Source: Bacteroidota bacterium (GTDB lineage Bacteria > Bacteroidota > Bacteroidia > Bacteroidales > GCA-2711565). From it: DNA of 64,000 bases. A model generated the notes under the pieces. The model saw only the letters and a list, made by a program, of their open reading frames with translations, did not search any database and was not told where the DNA came from. How positions within the stretch are numbered: the first letter of the stretch is position 1; each line of letters opens with the position of its first letter. A program made the position numbers and the translations under genes. Where the stretch lies: contig JAHIVC010000099.1 of assembly GCA_018816945.1 (NCBI GenBank), forward strand, positions 128,554 through 192,553, read 5' to 3'. Positions 1 to 9,277 of the stretch are shown here, one piece after another.

Positions 1-398
1 TGCTTTAATTGAAATTGTCTTAACTCAACAATATCTGCTTGTTTTTGAATAACCGAACCTTCTATTTTTGCATTTTTCAAATTTCCTTTTTCGGCTTTAA
101 TGGTTAGTGAATTATTTTCTTTCCAAAAAAGCTTATTTTCAAATTCCTCTCTTTTTTTATGATTGAAAACTGTACGTATTGAAAACAATGTTGGTTCATT
201 CACTTCTGCTGAAAAAACAAGATGGTTATTAATAATATAGCCTGAGTCTTGTTTTTCAGTTTCATGATTGAAAAGAAAGATTTTTGTACTATCTGAAAAA
301 CCAGAGGTTTCTAAAATTATTTTTGAATAATCTTCTTTTTGACTACAGCTTGTTAAAATAAGGAAAAGCGAAATAGATAAATAAAAGAATTTTTTCAT
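1..398 (-). CDS. Lipoprotein, N-terminal part only (runs off the left edge). DUF4369-like, probably a TlpA-family thiol:disulfide oxidoreductase.
   Basis: I translated the minus strand by hand from the ATG at 398-396: MKKFFYLSISLFLILTSCSQKEDYSKIILETSGFSDSTKIFLFNHETEKQDSGYIINNHLVFSAEV... It has a signal peptide with an LTSC lipobox, and the frame stays open to position 1. The N-terminal pattern resembles that of the TlpA-like ORF at 24051. Confidence 0.5.
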   Translation of the reverse strand, partial: MKKFFYLSISLFLILTSCSQKEDYSKIILETSGFSDSTKIFLFNHETEKQDSGYIINNHLVFSAEVNEPTLFSIRTVFNHKKREEFENKLFWKENNSLTIKAEKGNLKNAKIEGSVIQKQADIVELRQFQLK

Positions 399-534
399 GT
401 TTTTTATTATTTGGATGAAGAAACAAGGCCGTTATCAAGAACGATGCGATGACAGCCTTGTTATATTTAACTAACACACACGTTGCAAAACTAATCTTTT
501 AGTTTATAAAAACAAAAAAAATTGAAACAAATAT

Positions 535-2160
535 TTATTGTAATCTGAAATTAATAGGTAAATTAAATTCTGATGCAATCGGTTGTCCATCAACCTGGCT
601 CGCTTTAAATTTCATTAATTTAACAACCCTTATAGCTTCTTCATCGCAACCGCCACCTATACCCTTGATCACTTTTACTCCTGTTATTGAACCATATTTT
701 TCAACCATAAAATTTACATAAACCAGTCCTTGTATTCTATTTTTTCGTGCTTCTTCAGGGTATTTGATGTTTTCATTCAGAAAGGCTAATAACGCTTCGT
801 TCCCACCCTCGTATTTCGGCATATCATCAACAATGCTAACATAGGTTATCTGTTTCGGTGTTTCTTTTTTGGTAGATTTAGAATCCAACGTAAAAACTAT
901 AGGCAAATTAAATTGGACCCTTACAGGTTCACCTCTTTGTTTTCCGGGTATCCAGTTGGGCATTAGTTTAATAACCCTTACTGCTTCTTCATCGCATCCG
1001 TAACCAATGCCCTTTGCTATTCTGACATTAGTTATCGAACCGTCTTTTTCAACAACAAAAGTTACATGAACCCTTCCCTGTATCCCGTTTTTTCTTGCTT
1101 CCTCAGGGTATTTAATGTTTTTTGACAGGAATGCAACTCGAGCCTTCTCGCCACCCACATATTCAGCATCAACCTCTACAACCGTAAATATGTTCTCCTG
1201 TTGTTGTTCTTTTTTAACATCTTGTGGTAGGTCTACAACTGATTCTGTCTTTATTAATTCTGTTGTTTCGGTAGATGACTGTCCTATTAAATTTTTGTTA
1301 AAATTAAAGGTAAAGCACAAAATTAATAAGGCAGTCATGGGTATCACTAGCAGCATTTTAAGCCGAGCGAATTTTTTTGATTGCATTTTTGTCATCATAA
1401 TAAATCGCTTTTTAATTAATGATTGATTGAAATTATTAGTAAGATCGTTTATTTGCAATCCAACGGTATGGCTTAACAATAAATTTTGATAATTCGTTTT
1501 GTTCATACCACCGGCTAATAAGCCTTCGTCAGCCAAGTATTCGTGAATTCCTTTTAGGGATGTTTTGTATAGCCAAATAAAGGGATTAAACCATTGGATT
1601 ATGGTTAGTGCTTCAAGAATGATCAAATCCACACTATGTTTTTGTCGGATATGGATTTTTTCGTGATCAAGAATATTTTTCAGGTTTTTATCATTAAAAT
1701 TTTGTTCATTTAAAAAGATAAAATTGAAATACGAGAATGGTGAGTATTTGGAGTTTATCTTAACGATTTTGAGTCCATCCAATTTGGTCACCCCAAATTT
1801 TCGGATCAAAAATGCCAATTGCAATAGTTGAAAAATAAAGCGCAATAAAAAAATGGAAGCACCGGTAAGATAAACGATTAAGACAGATTGGTACAAGGTT
1901 AAATTTTGAGCTATTCCACTCTCAATTTTATCGGCTGTAACGGTAATGGCCTCAAGGGCTACAACATAAACCACATCTGAATTATCGTAAAAAACCGGTA
2001 CCTTAAACATGGGTAAAACAAAGGAAAGAATAATTGAACTTATCAGATAAAACCTATTAGCCGTAAAAAAAGTATCCTTCTTTAAAAAGAACCAGTAAAT
2101 AAGATAAAGCGAACCCAAACATAAGGCCGATTGTATCAAATAAATTACAAATGCATCCAT
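535..2160 (-). CDS. BlaR1/M56-family membrane metallopeptidase sensor fused to two tandem TonB C-terminal domains
   Basis: The N-terminus is multi-TM. An HEKIH zinc motif (HExxH) lies in the M56 context. The C-terminus carries two TonB_C-like copies (NIKYPEEARKNxIQG ... KGIGxGCDEEAxRVxKLM). It lies directly downstream of a BlaI-type repressor gene. Confidence 0.85.
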   Translation of the reverse strand: MDAFVIYLIQSALCLGSLYLIYWFFLKKDTFFTANRFYLISSIILSFVLPMFKVPVFYDNSDVVYVVALEAITVTADKIESGIAQNLTLYQSVLIVYLTGASIFLLRFIFQLLQLAFLIRKFGVTKLDGLKIVKINSKYSPFSYFNFIFLNEQNFNDKNLKNILDHEKIHIRQKHSVDLIILEALTIIQWFNPFIWLYKTSLKGIHEYLADEGLLAGGMNKTNYQNLLLSHTVGLQINDLTNNFNQSLIKKRFIMMTKMQSKKFARLKMLLVIPMTALLILCFTFNFNKNLIGQSSTETTELIKTESVVDLPQDVKKEQQQENIFTVVEVDAEYVGGEKARVAFLSKNIKYPEEARKNGIQGRVHVTFVVEKDGSITNVRIAKGIGYGCDEEAVRVIKLMPNWIPGKQRGEPVRVQFNLPIVFTLDSKSTKKETPKQITYVSIVDDMPKYEGGNEALLAFLNENIKYPEEARKNRIQGLVYVNFMVEKYGSITGVKVIKGIGGGCDEEAIRVVKLMKFKASQVDGQPIASEFNLPINFRLQ

Positions 2161-2169
2161 TGCTATTGC

Positions 2170-2550
2170 TTATTGATTTTCCTTTTGCTTTCTAATTTCA
2201 GCATCCATCAGGCTTTTTATTTCTTCCAGTTCTGCAATACTTAAATTGTTTTCTTTGGTGAAAAATGAGGCCAATGCCTGATACGAATTCCCAAAATAGT
2301 TAGTCATAAATCCCTTAAAATATCCTTTGGTATATTCCCGTTTACTCAATAAAGGATAGTATTCATGGGTTTTTCCATAGGCTTTATACCCAACAAATCC
2401 TTTACGTTCCAATATTCGAACGATGGTGGAGACCGTATTGTATGCAGGTTTGGGCAATGGCAATTTTTCTAAAATATCATTCACAAATCCTTTTTTCATT
2501 TCCCACAGGATTTGCATGATTTGTTCTTCGGCTTTTGTAAGTTCCTTCAT
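2170..2550 (-). CDS. BlaI/MecI/CopY-family transcriptional repressor
   Basis: It is a 126-aa winged-helix protein (MKELTKAEEQIMQILW...NTVSTIVRILERKGFV) of typical BlaI size. A 9-nt gap separates it from the BlaR1-like gene. Confidence 0.88.
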   Translation of the reverse strand: MKELTKAEEQIMQILWEMKKGFVNDILEKLPLPKPAYNTVSTIVRILERKGFVGYKAYGKTHEYYPLLSKREYTKGYFKGFMTNYFGNSYQALASFFTKENNLSIAELEEIKSLMDAEIRKQKENQ

Positions 2551-2633
2551 TCTTTATGGTTTTAAACTTTAACCAATTCATTAGTTTGAAACAACAATAT
2601 TAACTAATATTTTAGTTCAAAGCAAGTTTTTCT

Positions 2634-2669
2634 TAAAAAAAGAAGCCGGACAAATGAATTATTTGTCCG
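2634..2669 (-). terminator. Rho-independent terminator after the ABC/HlyD operon
   Basis: A 9-bp perfect stem pairs cggacaaat (2647-2655) with atttgtccg (2661-2669) around a 5-nt loop. A T-run follows on the minus strand (A-run 2635-2644 on plus). It lies ~50 nt downstream of the adaptor gene stop. Confidence 0.65.
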
Positions 2670-2720
2670 ACTGAGGATATGATAGAATTTAGTTAAATAG
2701 ATAAAATCCATGCTCATTGC

Positions 2721-3809
2721 CTAATCACCAATGGGTATTTTAATTTTATCTTCCTTTGTTATCCCACTTTTAACTTCAATGTTTATACCATCTGAAATAC
2801 CCGTAACAAGATATTTTTTTTCAAATAACTGTTGGGCCACTTCAACTTCAACATAGACACTATCACCTTCAAAATTGAGCAGGCTTTCCTGAATTGCCAA
2901 TACTTCACCCAAGGTTTGATCCAGAACAACAGAAGCATTTGCACTATATCCCGCCCGGATAAATTGTCCTTCAAGCAATTGTACATCTGCCTTAATTTCA
3001 AACTGAATAGCTCCATTTTCTTCTACTCCTTTTGGGGCAATGTGCTGGAGGATGGCATTGAACTTAACATTATCGATGGCGCCAACGGTAAGAATCAAAG
3101 ACATTCCTTCTTTAATTTTCCCGACTTCGGTCTCATCTATTTTCCCAACAAATACCATGTCGTTCATATCAGCCACAGTTGCAATGGTCGTACCCGGATT
3201 AAAGGTATTTGATTCGATGACTGAATTTCCCACTTCAACCGGTACATTCAAAACCATGCCATCAACCGTAGATCGAACGATGGTATTGGTTTCGGTTTTT
3301 GAATCTTTTACCTGACCCTCTTTAATTAAAGCCAAATTGTTTTCTGCCGATTTAACTTCAGCTTTGGCTGTTTTATAGGCTAATTCGACAGTTTCAAATT
3401 CACTTTGCGAAATCACCCCTTGTTCCAATAATTGTTTTTGACGCTCATAATTAATGTTTGCGTTTCGCAAATTAATTTCTGCCTGATTTAAACGCGATTC
3501 CGCGTTGTTCATATTGATCATATTGGGGATGATCCTGATTTTGGCGATAAGGTCACCTTTTTTAATTTTTTCGCCTGCCTGAACGTATAATTCTTCGATA
3601 ATACCTGAAACCTGGGGAACCAGATCTATTTCTTTGCGAGGAACCACCGAACCTGTCGCAACTGTTTGTTTGGTTATCAACATAGCCTCAGCAGATGTTG
3701 TTTTATAAACAACAGGCTCTTCTTTCGATTTATTGTACAGGAAGTAAATGGTATATCCGAACACCCCTAAAAGTGCGATTCCTAATATTATTTTTAAAAC
3801 AGTTTTCAT
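2721..3809 (-). CDS. Efflux transporter periplasmic adaptor subunit (HlyD/MacA-like)
   Basis: It has an N-terminal TM anchor, a lipoyl/hairpin coiled-coil pattern (GDLIAKI..., long coiled segment, beta-barrel C-terminus), and sits last in an ABC operon. Confidence 0.85.
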   Translation of the reverse strand: MKTVLKIILGIALLGVFGYTIYFLYNKSKEEPVVYKTTSAEAMLITKQTVATGSVVPRKEIDLVPQVSGIIEELYVQAGEKIKKGDLIAKIRIIPNMINMNNAESRLNQAEINLRNANINYERQKQLLEQGVISQSEFETVELAYKTAKAEVKSAENNLALIKEGQVKDSKTETNTIVRSTVDGMVLNVPVEVGNSVIESNTFNPGTTIATVADMNDMVFVGKIDETEVGKIKEGMSLILTVGAIDNVKFNAILQHIAPKGVEENGAIQFEIKADVQLLEGQFIRAGYSANASVVLDQTLGEVLAIQESLLNFEGDSVYVEVEVAQQLFEKKYLVTGISDGINIEVKSGITKEDKIKIPIGD

Positions 3810-3836
3810 TCTTATATGGTTTTAAATGTTAGTATT

Positions 3837-5108
3837 TTATTCATCATGTAAAGCTTCAATTGGTTTTATTTTAACGGCTCTTTTTGCCGGAATGAGGCCT
3901 GCAAAAATGCCCGAAATAATCAATAATATGAGTGCTGTAATGGCTTTATTAAAGTCAATTGACGGGTTGGAGAACATTTCAGTATCTGCGCCCGATTTGG
4001 TAATTGCATAACTTATCAATTCGAGTAACCCCACCCCAAGGCTAAGACCAACATAACCGGCAATGGTTGTCAAAAAAACAGATTCCTGAACCACCTGAAT
4101 TATGATTTTTATTGGAGTTGCCCCAACAGCACGTTTAATCCCAAATTCTTTGGTTCTCTCTTTTACAACAATAACCATGATATTGCTCACGCCAATTACT
4201 CCGGCGAATAAAGTCCCGATGCCTACAATCCAGATTAATCCATCGATACCATTAAAAAGCAGCTCAAATTGTTTAAATTCCCTTTCCAGGTTAAACCCAT
4301 CGAAAGCACGTTCGTCATCCGGATGAATGTTGTGGCGATCGCGCAAAATTGCCTTCACCTTTGTTTCAACTAATGAAGCAGATATTCCATCTTGGGCCGT
4401 GATGGCATATCCGGCACTTACTTCATTGCCCAAATTAAAAGTTTTCTGGGTAGTAGTGAGCGGCAAGTAGATTACCTGATTGTCAAATTCACCCCCATTA
4501 TTACTGGCACGGTATGATTTAAATACACCCACCACCTTAAAATATACCCCATTAATCCTCAAATATTGACCTATGGGATCTTCATCTTTATTGAACATTT
4601 CCTCATAAACCCTGTAGCCAATTGTGGCCACTTTTCTGTTTTCTTCTATGTCGGTGTCATTGATAAATCGTCCATACACAAATTGCATGGGGTTTATAAA
4701 GTTTGTGGCCGGATAGTCGCCCATCACATTGAATGATCCAACCTTTTCGTCCCTAACTACATTGTTAACCGGATTACCAAAACCCATAGTCCTGGGTGCC
4801 AGATATTTAATCTCTTTTACCCGTTCAAGCAATACTTTTGTATCCTCGTTATTAAAACTGTACAGCCTTCCTTTTGGAAAGCCTTTATAAGAAATAGAAG
4901 TGCGGGCCGGGTTAATAAAAACACTGTTTGTTGCCAGTTTTCCTAAACCAGAGTAAGCGGCATCTTTCAATCCTTTGCCTGATCCAAGCATAACCACCAG
5001 CATAAAAATTCCCCAAAAAACCCCGAAAGCAGTAAAAAAGGTTCTAAGCTTATTTTTCTTAAGAGTTAAGAAAATTTCCTGCCATTTATCAATGTCTATT
5101 AACTTCAT
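3837..5108 (-). CDS. ABC transporter permease, MacB/FtsX-like
   Basis: The N-terminal motif is KLRTFFTAFGVFWGIFMLVVMLG. A large periplasmic domain follows, and the C-terminus has an FtsX 3-TM bundle (KERTKEFGIKRAVGAT). Confidence 0.85.
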   Translation of the reverse strand: MKLIDIDKWQEIFLTLKKNKLRTFFTAFGVFWGIFMLVVMLGSGKGLKDAAYSGLGKLATNSVFINPARTSISYKGFPKGRLYSFNNEDTKVLLERVKEIKYLAPRTMGFGNPVNNVVRDEKVGSFNVMGDYPATNFINPMQFVYGRFINDTDIEENRKVATIGYRVYEEMFNKDEDPIGQYLRINGVYFKVVGVFKSYRASNNGGEFDNQVIYLPLTTTQKTFNLGNEVSAGYAITAQDGISASLVETKVKAILRDRHNIHPDDERAFDGFNLEREFKQFELLFNGIDGLIWIVGIGTLFAGVIGVSNIMVIVVKERTKEFGIKRAVGATPIKIIIQVVQESVFLTTIAGYVGLSLGVGLLELISYAITKSGADTEMFSNPSIDFNKAITALILLIISGIFAGLIPAKRAVKIKPIEALHDE

Positions 5109-5119
5109 GTTATATGGTT

Positions 5120-6352
5120 TTATTCATCTTTTAAGGCGATCACGGGTTTAACGCTTGCGGCTTTTCGAGCCGGTACAAATCCTGCCAAGGCCCCGGCAAA
5201 AATTAATATGACTGTAGCCCCTATGGCTACATTAAAGTTTATTTCCGGGTGAGAAAAAAATTGAATATCTGGCAAAGTGTTTGAAATCAACTCCAACAAG
5301 CCTACACCAAGCACCAATCCAATATATCCAGCAAACGTTGTGATCAAAACCGATTCCTGTAAAACCAGACTTACGATCGACCAAGGAGTTGCCCCAAGTG
5401 CTTTTCTTACCCCAATTTCCTTTGTTCGGTCCTTCACAACAATCATCATAATATTGCTCACTCCTACAATTCCGGCGATGATGGTTCCCATTCCAATGAT
5501 CCAAATAAACAATCGGATATTTTTAAACAGATCCAGAAATCGTTTAAAATTTAAAACTGAATTGTCAACATTAAGCGCCCTGCGATCATCAACTGAAAAC
5601 CGATGTTTATTCGCTAAATAGGTTCTGGCTTCATCCGCTACTTTTATACTTTCAGCTATATTTGCATCATCAAATACCAGATAAATAGAGGTCATCTGGT
5701 TGGCACTGCTAAAAACCCCTTGTGCCGTTGACAAAGGAATGTAAACCCTGTTCAGTACCCGATCACCACTTTTATCATCAAAAACACCAATAACCCTGAA
5801 AGTAAAATTGTTTATCGTGAGATATTCGCCTATCGGATCCTTACCATCTTTAAAAAGGGCTTCTTTAACCAGTCGGCCAATGCAAATGACTTTTCTTTTT
5901 TGATCGACATCGGCTTTATTGATAAAACGGCCAGATGTTACAATGGCAGCTGCAACATATTCGTAAGGAGGATGAATGGCATAAATGTTAAAGTTACCAT
6001 ATTCGTTTTTGTAAGAAACAGGAAGGGAGCCAGCGATGGTAAAACGTCCCGTACTTTCGTCAACATCCTGAAGTTTGCTCAAATATTCATAATCTTCGTT
6101 CGTAAAAGTTATTGTCCGGCCTGCTTGCATTCCCTTATAGGCAGTTGACGTCACACCTTGATGTATTCCGATGATATTGGTACCATCGTCTTCAAATTGT
6201 CGGCGAACCCCATTCTCCAAACCATAACCCGAACCTAGCAAAACAATCAACATAAAAATACCCCAGGCCACACTAAACCCGGTTAAGAAGGTACGTAGTT
6301 TGTTTTTCTTAATCGTACTGAAGATTTCCTGCCATTTGTCGATATCGAACAT
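5120..6352 (-). CDS. ABC transporter permease, MacB/FtsX-like (paralog of 3837..5108)
   Basis: It has the same architecture as its neighbour and starts with a near-identical N-terminus (DIDKWQEIFSTIKKNKLRTFLTGFSVAWGIFML; KDRTKEIGVRKALGAT). Confidence 0.85.
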   Translation of the reverse strand: MFDIDKWQEIFSTIKKNKLRTFLTGFSVAWGIFMLIVLLGSGYGLENGVRRQFEDDGTNIIGIHQGVTSTAYKGMQAGRTITFTNEDYEYLSKLQDVDESTGRFTIAGSLPVSYKNEYGNFNIYAIHPPYEYVAAAIVTSGRFINKADVDQKRKVICIGRLVKEALFKDGKDPIGEYLTINNFTFRVIGVFDDKSGDRVLNRVYIPLSTAQGVFSSANQMTSIYLVFDDANIAESIKVADEARTYLANKHRFSVDDRRALNVDNSVLNFKRFLDLFKNIRLFIWIIGMGTIIAGIVGVSNIMMIVVKDRTKEIGVRKALGATPWSIVSLVLQESVLITTFAGYIGLVLGVGLLELISNTLPDIQFFSHPEINFNVAIGATVILIFAGALAGFVPARKAASVKPVIALKDE

Positions 6353-6379
6353 CGGTGTTGTTGTTAAATTGTGAATTAA

Positions 6380-7330
6380 CTAATCTGCTGTTTCGTTCAT
6401 TTTTAATAAATAATTAATAGCCCCCGATGCATCAACAACATGCATTACCGTATAACCATTATATGCGATTTCATTGCTGGTTTCGATCAAAATCCTTTTG
6501 TAATCCGCAGCCGTTAATTCATTATTGATTTCTTTCATCATGGCAACAATACCAGCCAATACAGGCGACATGGACGAATTAGAAAAATAAGGATGGGCTC
6601 CTATATTGTTACCAACATTTCGTCCTGATTTTACGTAGTTTTCATACTGAAAAAGCAATAATAGGTTATAGTCGAAATGAAATACATTTACGTCAATTTC
6701 CCTCGAATATGAATCAGGACATCTCGGGAATAGGCCACAGGGCAATATATTTTCTTCTAAATCGTAATGAATAAAGGTAGTTACAATCCCATGATCAATT
6801 GCTTTTTGAACTGCCTTATCAATTTGTTGTCTTTCCTCTTTTCTGAATGCTTCCGCCGAATAGGTAAGGATATCAAGATCGTTTTCGATGGCCCAGTCAA
6901 TGGCTTCTGTAATTGCCTTCGCTTCGTTAGCGCGATTTTTATCCCTCGCGCAAAGCGCATAGATTTGTACATCAGGTGCAATTTCTTTTAAGGTTGTAGC
7001 CATCCAAAGGCCATGCTCTGCGATATCCTCAAATGCATCTATGTTTCCTGTAAAATCTTTTCCTCCGTTAAATAAATCTTTATTGGTTGAATAACCAAAG
7101 TATTTATCGATAATCCCAACTTTAATTCCTTTTCCTGTAGCCAATTTCTGGGCTTGTTTGATGTGATGAAAAGAATCATAGGTTTCCCTGGTATTTGCAT
7201 CTGCAAAACTTACAAACCAAGCATTACTTCTTTCGGGCTTAAGGTTATAAAACACTGATACCGACAGAAGAAGAATAAGAAATACGATAAAAAGTTTTAT
7301 TTTCATTTTGATCTTATTTGGTTTCAACAC
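6380..7330 (-). CDS. Divergent subtilisin-like (S8) serine peptidase, membrane-anchored or secreted
   Basis: The candidate catalytic order and spacing are D75 (KVGIIDK), H106 (AEHGLWMATTL) and S253 (SNSSMSPVLAGIVAMM), matching the D-H-S spacing of subtilases. An N-terminal hydrophobic anchor is present. The more likely start is Met9 (nt 7306), which would end the 17-nt overlap with the ATPase gene. Confidence 0.6.
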   Translation of the reverse strand: MLKPNKIKMKIKLFIVFLILLLSVSVFYNLKPERSNAWFVSFADANTRETYDSFHHIKQAQKLATGKGIKVGIIDKYFGYSTNKDLFNGGKDFTGNIDAFEDIAEHGLWMATTLKEIAPDVQIYALCARDKNRANEAKAITEAIDWAIENDLDILTYSAEAFRKEERQQIDKAVQKAIDHGIVTTFIHYDLEENILPCGLFPRCPDSYSREIDVNVFHFDYNLLLLFQYENYVKSGRNVGNNIGAHPYFSNSSMSPVLAGIVAMMKEINNELTAADYKRILIETSNEIAYNGYTVMHVVDASGAINYLLKMNETAD

Positions 7331-8042
7331 TTATAAGCTGTCTTTCCTTATAAGCCTTTAATTCTCCATTAAAAATGTCTTTTTCAACAATTCCGTCCTT
7401 GAGCCAAATGATACGGTCCGTTCTATTGGCAATATCCCTTTCGTGTGTCACAATAAGCATTGTGATCCCATCCTTGTTTACTTCTTTCAATATATCCATA
7501 ACCTCCATTGATGTTTGTGAATCAAGCGCACCGGTTGGTTCATCTGCCAAAATAACCTTGGGTTTAGAAATTAGTGCACGTGCAATGGCGAGCCGTTGTT
7601 TTTGTCCTCCGGATAGTTCACTGGGCAGATGATCAGCCCATTCAAGTAAAGCCATCCTTTCAAGGTATTCAAGAGCGATACGGTTTCTTTTTTTCCGACT
7701 TACATTTTGGTAATACAATGGAAGGGCTACATTTTCCATGGCATTTTTAAACGGAATCAGGTTAAACGATTGAAAAACGAATCCTAAGAGTTTATTTCGG
7801 TATTGGGCCGCCCTGGTCTCGTTCATGTCCTTTATCAGCATTCCATCCAAAAAATAATCTCCTTCATCATGGGCGTCAAGTAATCCTATAATATTTAATA
7901 AAGTTGATTTCCCAGAACCTGATGAGCCCATTACCGATACCATTTCCCCTTTATTAATATTTACTTCAATCCCTTTTAACACATGTAATTTGTTGCTTCC
8001 GGTTGAATAGGTTTTGTGGATATTTCCAAGTCTTATCATCAT
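7314..8042 (-). CDS. ABC transporter ATP-binding protein (MacB/LolD-type)
   Basis: Walker A is GSSGSGKST, the ABC signature is LSGGQKQRLAIARAL, Walker B is ILADEPTGALD, and the H-loop is VTHE. Confidence 0.92.
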   Translation of the reverse strand: MMIRLGNIHKTYSTGSNKLHVLKGIEVNINKGEMVSVMGSSGSGKSTLLNIIGLLDAHDEGDYFLDGMLIKDMNETRAAQYRNKLLGFVFQSFNLIPFKNAMENVALPLYYQNVSRKKRNRIALEYLERMALLEWADHLPSELSGGQKQRLAIARALISKPKVILADEPTGALDSQTSMEVMDILKEVNKDGITMLIVTHERDIANRTDRIIWLKDGIVEKDIFNGELKAYKERQLISVETK

Positions 8043-8247
8043 AAAAATTGTTAGATGTATAGCGAATCATCATTTGTTTATAAACAAATGCAATTTCAGG
8101 TGAGTTAGTTTATCGATGGTGCAAACCGATAAAATTGCTGCTATTTTGATATATTAGACAGCTCAACCATATAAAAGGTTACAATATTAATTGCTTCTCA
8201 AAAAAGAATATTTAACTTGTAGCTGCGTTTACATAATGGCAAAAGAT
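8026..8247. repeat. Direct repeat copy 1 (~222 bp): the ABC-ATPase 5' end, the intergenic region, and a 4-codon remnant of the histidine-kinase start
   Basis: It aligns by eye with 10356..10576, with roughly 90 percent identity outside one ~10-nt divergent patch. It ends in atggcaaaagat, versus atggcaaatgat at the true kinase start. Confidence 0.85.
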
Positions 8248-8316
8248 TGTATGCCGATATCATCCTGAACAATACTACAAATTGATTTGATAAGTCTGCT
8301 GTGCAGCAATTTATGG

Positions 8317-9132
8317 CTATTTGAACTTAAAATGCTTAAAATAAATAACAGGCAACTCAATACAATTCAATTGTTTATGCCTGAACCAAACGTTTAGCAA
8401 ACGCTCGGCAATAAAACCAAATATTCTTTGCTGATAACCAGTGTATTTAACAATATCTACTCGTCGTTCAAATTCAAAAAGAACATCAAACCACCAGGTC
8501 ATGAATTCCTGAAAATGTTCCTGCTTCAATATAAACATGTTATTGGCATACAGCCTTTTGCCATTAAGTATTTCATAAAAAGCTTCAATATATTCTGAAT
8601 GTTTTTCCTTTATTATAGATTCTATCAGGTTCAAATCATTGATACTGTGATATCTTTTAAAATGATTCTTCACTGAATATTTCAATTTACGTGCTTGCGG
8701 TAAGATAGCATCGTATTTTTGCAGCAAATGTTCTATTTCAGTTTGATTGATAATTCTTGGAACAAAAAGTTTTGTGTTTTTTGTATAAATCAAACCAACC
8801 CGTTTTTTATACAATCCTGCCGGAAAGTAGAGCAGTCGCTTCAATCGATATAATAAAGGCTCGGGTTGTGACGTAAAATAGCGACGATAATGACATGAGC
8901 CGGTAATATCCTGCCGGGTATTTTTCCAAACCCAGTAAATACCTGTTAATTCGCTGTAGTATTTGTTTTTGTGTGAGATGTTTTCGCCTGTTTCATCACC
9001 GCGAAATTCAGTTCCTACCCCGGGTAGAGAATTGCCTGCCATAATTGGTTGATAAATCTGGTCTAATTCTAAAACCGAACCCCTTTTATAATAAAAAACA
9101 TATATTTTAAGTTTTGGATCAGGCATTGACAA
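8317..9132 (-). CDS. DUF4422-family protein (putative glycosyltransferase)
   Basis: The characteristic strings are GDETGENISHKNKYYSELTGIYWVWKN and CHYRRYF. Confidence 0.8.
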   Translation of the reverse strand: MSMPDPKLKIYVFYYKRGSVLELDQIYQPIMAGNSLPGVGTEFRGDETGENISHKNKYYSELTGIYWVWKNTRQDITGSCHYRRYFTSQPEPLLYRLKRLLYFPAGLYKKRVGLIYTKNTKLFVPRIINQTEIEHLLQKYDAILPQARKLKYSVKNHFKRYHSINDLNLIESIIKEKHSEYIEAFYEILNGKRLYANNMFILKQEHFQEFMTWWFDVLFEFERRVDIVKYTGYQQRIFGFIAERLLNVWFRHKQLNCIELPVIYFKHFKFK

Positions 9133-9246
9133 ATATATTTAGGCGCAAATATAATGGTTTTCAACTGGTTTGTTAATCCAGGCTGAACAAATATCTGTTT
9201 AGATCTGAACACACACATAAACGACTGATACTATCATAAGATCTTA

Positions 9247-9254
9247 TAACTTTG
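9247..9254 (+). promoter_or_regulatory. Candidate Bacteroidota -7 promoter element (TAnnTTTG) for the FkbM gene
   Basis: The sequence taactttg lies 24 nt upstream of the ATG at 9278. Confidence 0.3.
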
Positions 9255-9277
9255 CAGCTTTTAAATCGGTTTGCGAT

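Noticed and set aside
2170-8042. A lantibiotic/RiPP-type export and processing locus (S8 protease as LanP, ABC as exporter, BlaI/BlaR as regulator).
   Set aside because: No precursor-peptide ORF or LanB/LanC/LanM-like or other modification enzyme is present. The ABC is MacB/FtsX type rather than a peptidase-containing exporter. A terminator separates the ABC operon from blaI/blaR. It is kept only as a loose analogy in the S8 finding.
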